Below the pieces are notes generated by a model. The model was not told the DNA's origin. It saw nothing but the letters and a program-made list of their open reading frames with translations, and made no database searches. Source: Erysipelotrichaceae bacterium (GTDB lineage Bacteria; Bacillota_I; Bacilli_A; RFN20; CAG-826). Taken from it: DNA of 64,000 bases. The stretch lies in assembly GCA_015059185.1 (NCBI GenBank), contig SVAY01000003.1, forward strand, positions 15,251 to 79,250, in the 5' to 3' direction. Below are positions 60,773 to 64,000 of this stretch, piece by piece (the first letter of the stretch is position 1; each line of letters starts with the position of its first letter). The translations under genes were made by a program, and so were the position numbers.

Positions 60773-60994
60773 TTAGTGAACAAATAAACATAAAATAGCG
60801 ACTAATAAACAGTAAATACCAGTGGTTTCAACTAAAGCACAGCCTAAGATCATGGTTGTTCTAAGTTTGCCATACATTTCTGGATTTCTGCTCATGCCAT
60901 CGATTGCGTGTGCACAAAGTAAACCTTCACCAATAGCGGAGAAGCCACAGCTAATCATTGCAATACCAGCGCCGACAAAATAACCCCATTCCAT
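60773..60994 (-). CDS. atpE: Fo ATP synthase c subunit
   Basis: A 73-aa hairpin proteolipid. Confidence 0.8.
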   Translation of the reverse strand: MEWGYFVGAGIAMISCGFSAIGEGLLCAHAIDGMSRNPEMYGKLRTTMILGCALVETTGIYCLLVAILCLFVH

Positions 60995-60999
60995 CGTTA

Positions 61000-61764
61000 T
61001 TACCTCCCTTCCGTACTCATTTCTTGTATATCATCATCCTGAGGAGCTTCTAGACCGATATTGATCATTGTTAAGAAAATGAATATCGTAGTCTGGATAA
61101 GTCCAGAGAATAAATCAAAATATAAATGTAAAATTGGTGTCACGATTGGAGCGATGAATAGTTCGTTCCAAGCAACAGGCCCACTAGTTTCTAAGAAACT
61201 AAATATCATGCCACTTACATTCCTTAGTCCGTTATAGACTAAAGTCATTAAGCAGAATCCACTGATTGCATTACCAAATAAACGGAGGGTCATACTAAGT
61301 AAAGGAGCCCACATCGAAATTAAGTTAACTGGTAAAAAGATAGGGATTGGCTCAATATAACGTTTAAAATATTTGAGTTTAGTGTAATGAGCGCTTGTCG
61401 CATGAATCATAATAAATGTACATAAGGCAAGCGATAGAGGTACTGCGAGATTAGTAACTGGAGAAGGTAGACCGGTTAAACCAAAAATAAAGGCAATGAA
61501 TAAATAAATAGCCACTGCCATTATGTATCCACCAAATCCTTTAAAACGTGGTCCCATCATATCTAAAACAAGTCCATCAAAAAACTTAACGCCTACTTCA
61601 GCAAGAAATAATAAGCCCTTAGGCTTCTTAAGTGGATCTTGGAAATGCGCTTGAATCGCAACAATAAAAGCAAGGATAATGATTATCCCCATAACAATAA
61701 GAGAGGAAATAACTTCCGGTCTTAATCCAGTTGATGTGTCGAAGAATCCATCAAATACTTCCAC
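61000..61764 (-). CDS. atpB: Fo ATP synthase a subunit
   Basis: A 254-aa polytopic protein containing the conserved Arg segment LSMTLRLFGN. Confidence 0.85.
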   Translation of the reverse strand: MEVFDGFFDTSTGLRPEVISSLIVMGIIIILAFIVAIQAHFQDPLKKPKGLLFLAEVGVKFFDGLVLDMMGPRFKGFGGYIMAVAIYLFIAFIFGLTGLPSPVTNLAVPLSLALCTFIMIHATSAHYTKLKYFKRYIEPIPIFLPVNLISMWAPLLSMTLRLFGNAISGFCLMTLVYNGLRNVSGMIFSFLETSGPVAWNELFIAPIVTPILHLYFDLFSGLIQTTIFIFLTMINIGLEAPQDDDIQEMSTEGR

Positions 61765-62161
61765 TATCTTTCCTTTCTTTTTTGCCTTGATTCACAAAGA
61801 GGATGATTAATATTATTAAGCAAATAAAATATCCACCAGTGACAGCAAATATGTTAAAAATTTTCAAACCTAGTTTATAGTACCATAAACCAACAAAAAA
61901 TAATAGGGCTGCAAAGACAATATATCTAAAAATAGATATCAGTAATGCCCAAATGTAATGTTCTTTAAACTTATCTTCCATTAATCCAGTAAGAAAATAC
62001 GCTAACATCGCATACCCCGCACCAAGGAGGATGCCTAATGGTATTTCCTTTAAATTAATAAAATATAAAGGAATAAGAGCTAGAGAAATAACGCACAAAA
62101 AAAGCCCAGATAAAACTACACATTTATAATAAACATTTAGTCTTATGAAGGCCTTGTACAT
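61751..62161 (-). CDS. Small membrane protein in the AtpI position (putative ATP synthase protein I)
   Basis: Four TM helices; it overlaps the atpB start. Confidence 0.4.
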   Translation of the reverse strand: MYKAFIRLNVYYKCVVLSGLFLCVISLALIPLYFINLKEIPLGILLGAGYAMLAYFLTGLMEDKFKEHYIWALLISIFRYIVFAALLFFVGLWYYKLGLKIFNIFAVTGGYFICLIILIILFVNQGKKERKDSGSI

Positions 62162-63363
62162 TATCTTACTCTAACGTATTTGAATTTTGCGACTTGAGCA
62201 AGTCCGTCTTTATATTTGAGGTTGATTTCACCTTGAACGAGTGGTCTAAGATAATTTCTAAAGTCATCACTCATTCTGGTCTTATCTTTTTGGAAGTGTG
62301 CTGGAACACGAGCTTCCGCATTAGCGATGTTGCTTAAGTCCGCTAAAGAGTATTCGATTTGATATGGATTAGAGGAAACTCTTCTAAATGTGATCATCAC
62401 ACCAGTATTTCCTTCTAATGCTTTTTGGACAGCAAGTTCACCGGTCTTGATTGCTTCTTCTTGGTCAACTTTTGAAGTGAAGACTGGGCAAGCTCTTTGT
62501 AAGAGTGAGAATTCAACTGATCTAGTTGGGAGACCTAAACGTTGTTCAACTAAATCACATAAATAAGTAGCAGCACCACCGAGTTGAGCGTGGCCGAAGC
62601 CATCGACTCTAGCGTTAGCGTTATCTCTTTGAATGTTGATACCTTCACTGATAGCAATAATACCATAGCCATGTTCTCTATAAACATTTCTTACATCTTC
62701 GATGAATTGTGCCATATCAAAGTTGTTTTCTGGTAAATAGAATAAGTGTGGTCTAGTATCTTCTGGAAGTAAATCAGCAGCGGCGGTTAACCAACCAGCA
62801 TTTCTACCCATAATTTCAATAATATGAATCTTACCAACTTTGAAGCATTGAGCATCTTTCGCTAATGCGTTGATGGTATTCATAACATATTTAGCTGCGC
62901 TTGGGAAACCGAGTGAGTGGTCAGTACAAGCTAAGTCGTTATCAATGGTCTTTGGAACACCAATAACTTTAACATCAACACCGAGTTCCTTCGCGATTAA
63001 GGATAACTTATAACAGGTATCCATTGTATCGTTACCACCGTTAACAAAGACGTAACCGATGTTATGCTTTGTGATGTTACTCATGATTTGGCTATAAACT
63101 GGATCATGAATATCCTTTGGTAATTTTCTTCTTGTAGTTCCTAAAATTGAACCTGGTGTTTGTAATAATAATTCAATTTGTTCATCATCTTCTTGATTGA
63201 TGTCGATTAATTCATCATCAATTAATCCTTCGACACCGTGGACAGAACCATAAATGTTTCCAATTTCATCTGGATGTCTACGCGCTTCTTTAATTGCTCC
63301 ATATAAGGAAGTGTTAATAACACTTGTTGGACCTCCGGATTGAATGTAAACCATATTTTTCAT
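62161..63363 (-). CDS. pfkA: 6-phosphofructokinase, long (about 400 aa) type, possibly PPi-dependent
   Basis: Contains IQSGGPTSVIN, GGNDT (ATP-PFKs have GGDGS) and PKTIDND. Its length resembles that of PPi-PFKs. Confidence 0.8.
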   Translation of the reverse strand: MKNMVYIQSGGPTSVINTSLYGAIKEARRHPDEIGNIYGSVHGVEGLIDDELIDINQEDDEQIELLLQTPGSILGTTRRKLPKDIHDPVYSQIMSNITKHNIGYVFVNGGNDTMDTCYKLSLIAKELGVDVKVIGVPKTIDNDLACTDHSLGFPSAAKYVMNTINALAKDAQCFKVGKIHIIEIMGRNAGWLTAAADLLPEDTRPHLFYLPENNFDMAQFIEDVRNVYREHGYGIIAISEGINIQRDNANARVDGFGHAQLGGAATYLCDLVEQRLGLPTRSVEFSLLQRACPVFTSKVDQEEAIKTGELAVQKALEGNTGVMITFRRVSSNPYQIEYSLADLSNIANAEARVPAHFQKDKTRMSDDFRNYLRPLVQGEINLKYKDGLAQVAKFKYVRVR

Positions 63364-63475
63364 ATAGATTGTTCCTCTTTTCCGTCAATAATATTAACTT
63401 AATATTTAAAAAATATTCAAGTATAATAATTCTAGAAAGAGCAATTTTCATTAAATTGCGACATAAGGAACGATA

Positions 63476-64000
63476 TGAAACATAAAATTATTTATCTTAA
63501 TGAAGAACGCTTTGTTGACACTCCAATATCAGTTTTAGATATCGTCGGAGACAATAAAGATATCTTTGCCTGTTATGTGAACGGAAGACTTAGAGAACTC
63601 ACATATGTCTTTGACTATGACGCGACGATTGAACCATTAACAGCCAAAGATCGCGACGGTAAATTTATTTATGAATCATCCTTACGTTTCATTGTCGCAA
63701 TGGCATTAAATACAGTTTATCCAAGTGCGAAATACAATTTCTCATATAGCATCTCTCGTAGTATCTATCTCACAATTACAAGTAAAGAGATACCTGTAGA
63801 TGATGGCTTGATTAATAAACTTAACCGTGCGATGGAAAAGATTGTTGAGGCAGACTATCCACTCAATAGATATAAGATGCCAAAGGATGAAATATTAAAC
63901 ATTTATCAAGAACACGGCTTCTATCATAAGATTGAACTATTTAGATACCGTCCTGAACCAACTGCCCACATCTATGAATGTAATGGCTACTATAACTATA
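63476..64000 (+). CDS. TGS / ThrRS-N-terminal-like domain protein (threonyl-tRNA synthetase or related), 5' partial; it continues beyond the window.
   Basis: A TGS-like beta-grasp start (KIIYLNEERFVDTPISVLDIVGDNKDIFACYVNGRLRELTYVFDYDATIEPLT) is followed by a ThrRS second-additional-domain-like segment. Confidence 0.35.

Overview
Low-GC chromosome segment (about 30% GC) using the standard genetic code, so TGA is a stop. Lipobox lipoproteins, a short IF-2, nusA directly next to infB, a ClpB without an N-domain and a long pyrophosphate-type phosphofructokinase (PFK) point to an Acholeplasma-like or Erysipelotrichia-like Firmicute/Tenericute. This lineage call is inferred from the sequence only.

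The two ends of the window are conserved core. The left end carries rimP-nusA-infB. The right end carries the complete F1Fo ATP synthase operon (atpI-like, atpB, E, F, H, A, G, D, C), pfk, trmL and rqcH. guaB and clpB lie in between.

The rest is accessory. The most interesting block is a seven-gene minus-strand operon at 26.9-34.4 kb. It encodes a SipW-type signal peptidase followed by four paralogous TasA/camelysin-family proteins with SipW-cognate signal peptides. Two of them carry large beta-helix-like C-terminal extensions, and the largest is interrupted by a -1 frameshift. A collagen-like beta-helix lipoprotein sits next to it. This looks like an undescribed surface-fibre or matrix system.

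Other accessory modules are listed here:
- Two paralogous two-gene cassettes pair a DUF3990-like domain, which carries a PARP-like H-G-S / G-x-G-F-Y-L motif and so has a predicted ADP-ribosyltransferase (ART) fold, with a DUF3791-like partner. An HTH domain is swapped between the partners. One cassette is flanked by about 47-bp direct repeats. The other sits in an island with an HD-GYP phosphodiesterase and an AAA-ATPase-like/PD-(D/E)xK protein preceded by a TGCACGAA tandem-repeat array.
- A DinJ-PIN toxin-antitoxin pair.
- A 2250-aa lipoprotein operon that includes a class-3 lipase lipoprotein and two membrane proteins. A paralogous lipase lipoprotein lies elsewhere.
- An eight-gene lipid scavenging and reacylation operon: acyl-AMP ligase-ACP fusion, two PlsC-like acyltransferases, two alpha/beta hydrolases, DegV/FakB, a GPH-type MFS and FakA.
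- A COG1373 ATPase preceded by palindromic direct repeats.
- A GC-rich structured leader with an intrinsic-terminator-like hairpin upstream of a DUF3800 gene.

No rRNA, tRNA or CRISPR was found. All family assignments come from motif recognition by eye and need HMM or BLAST confirmation.
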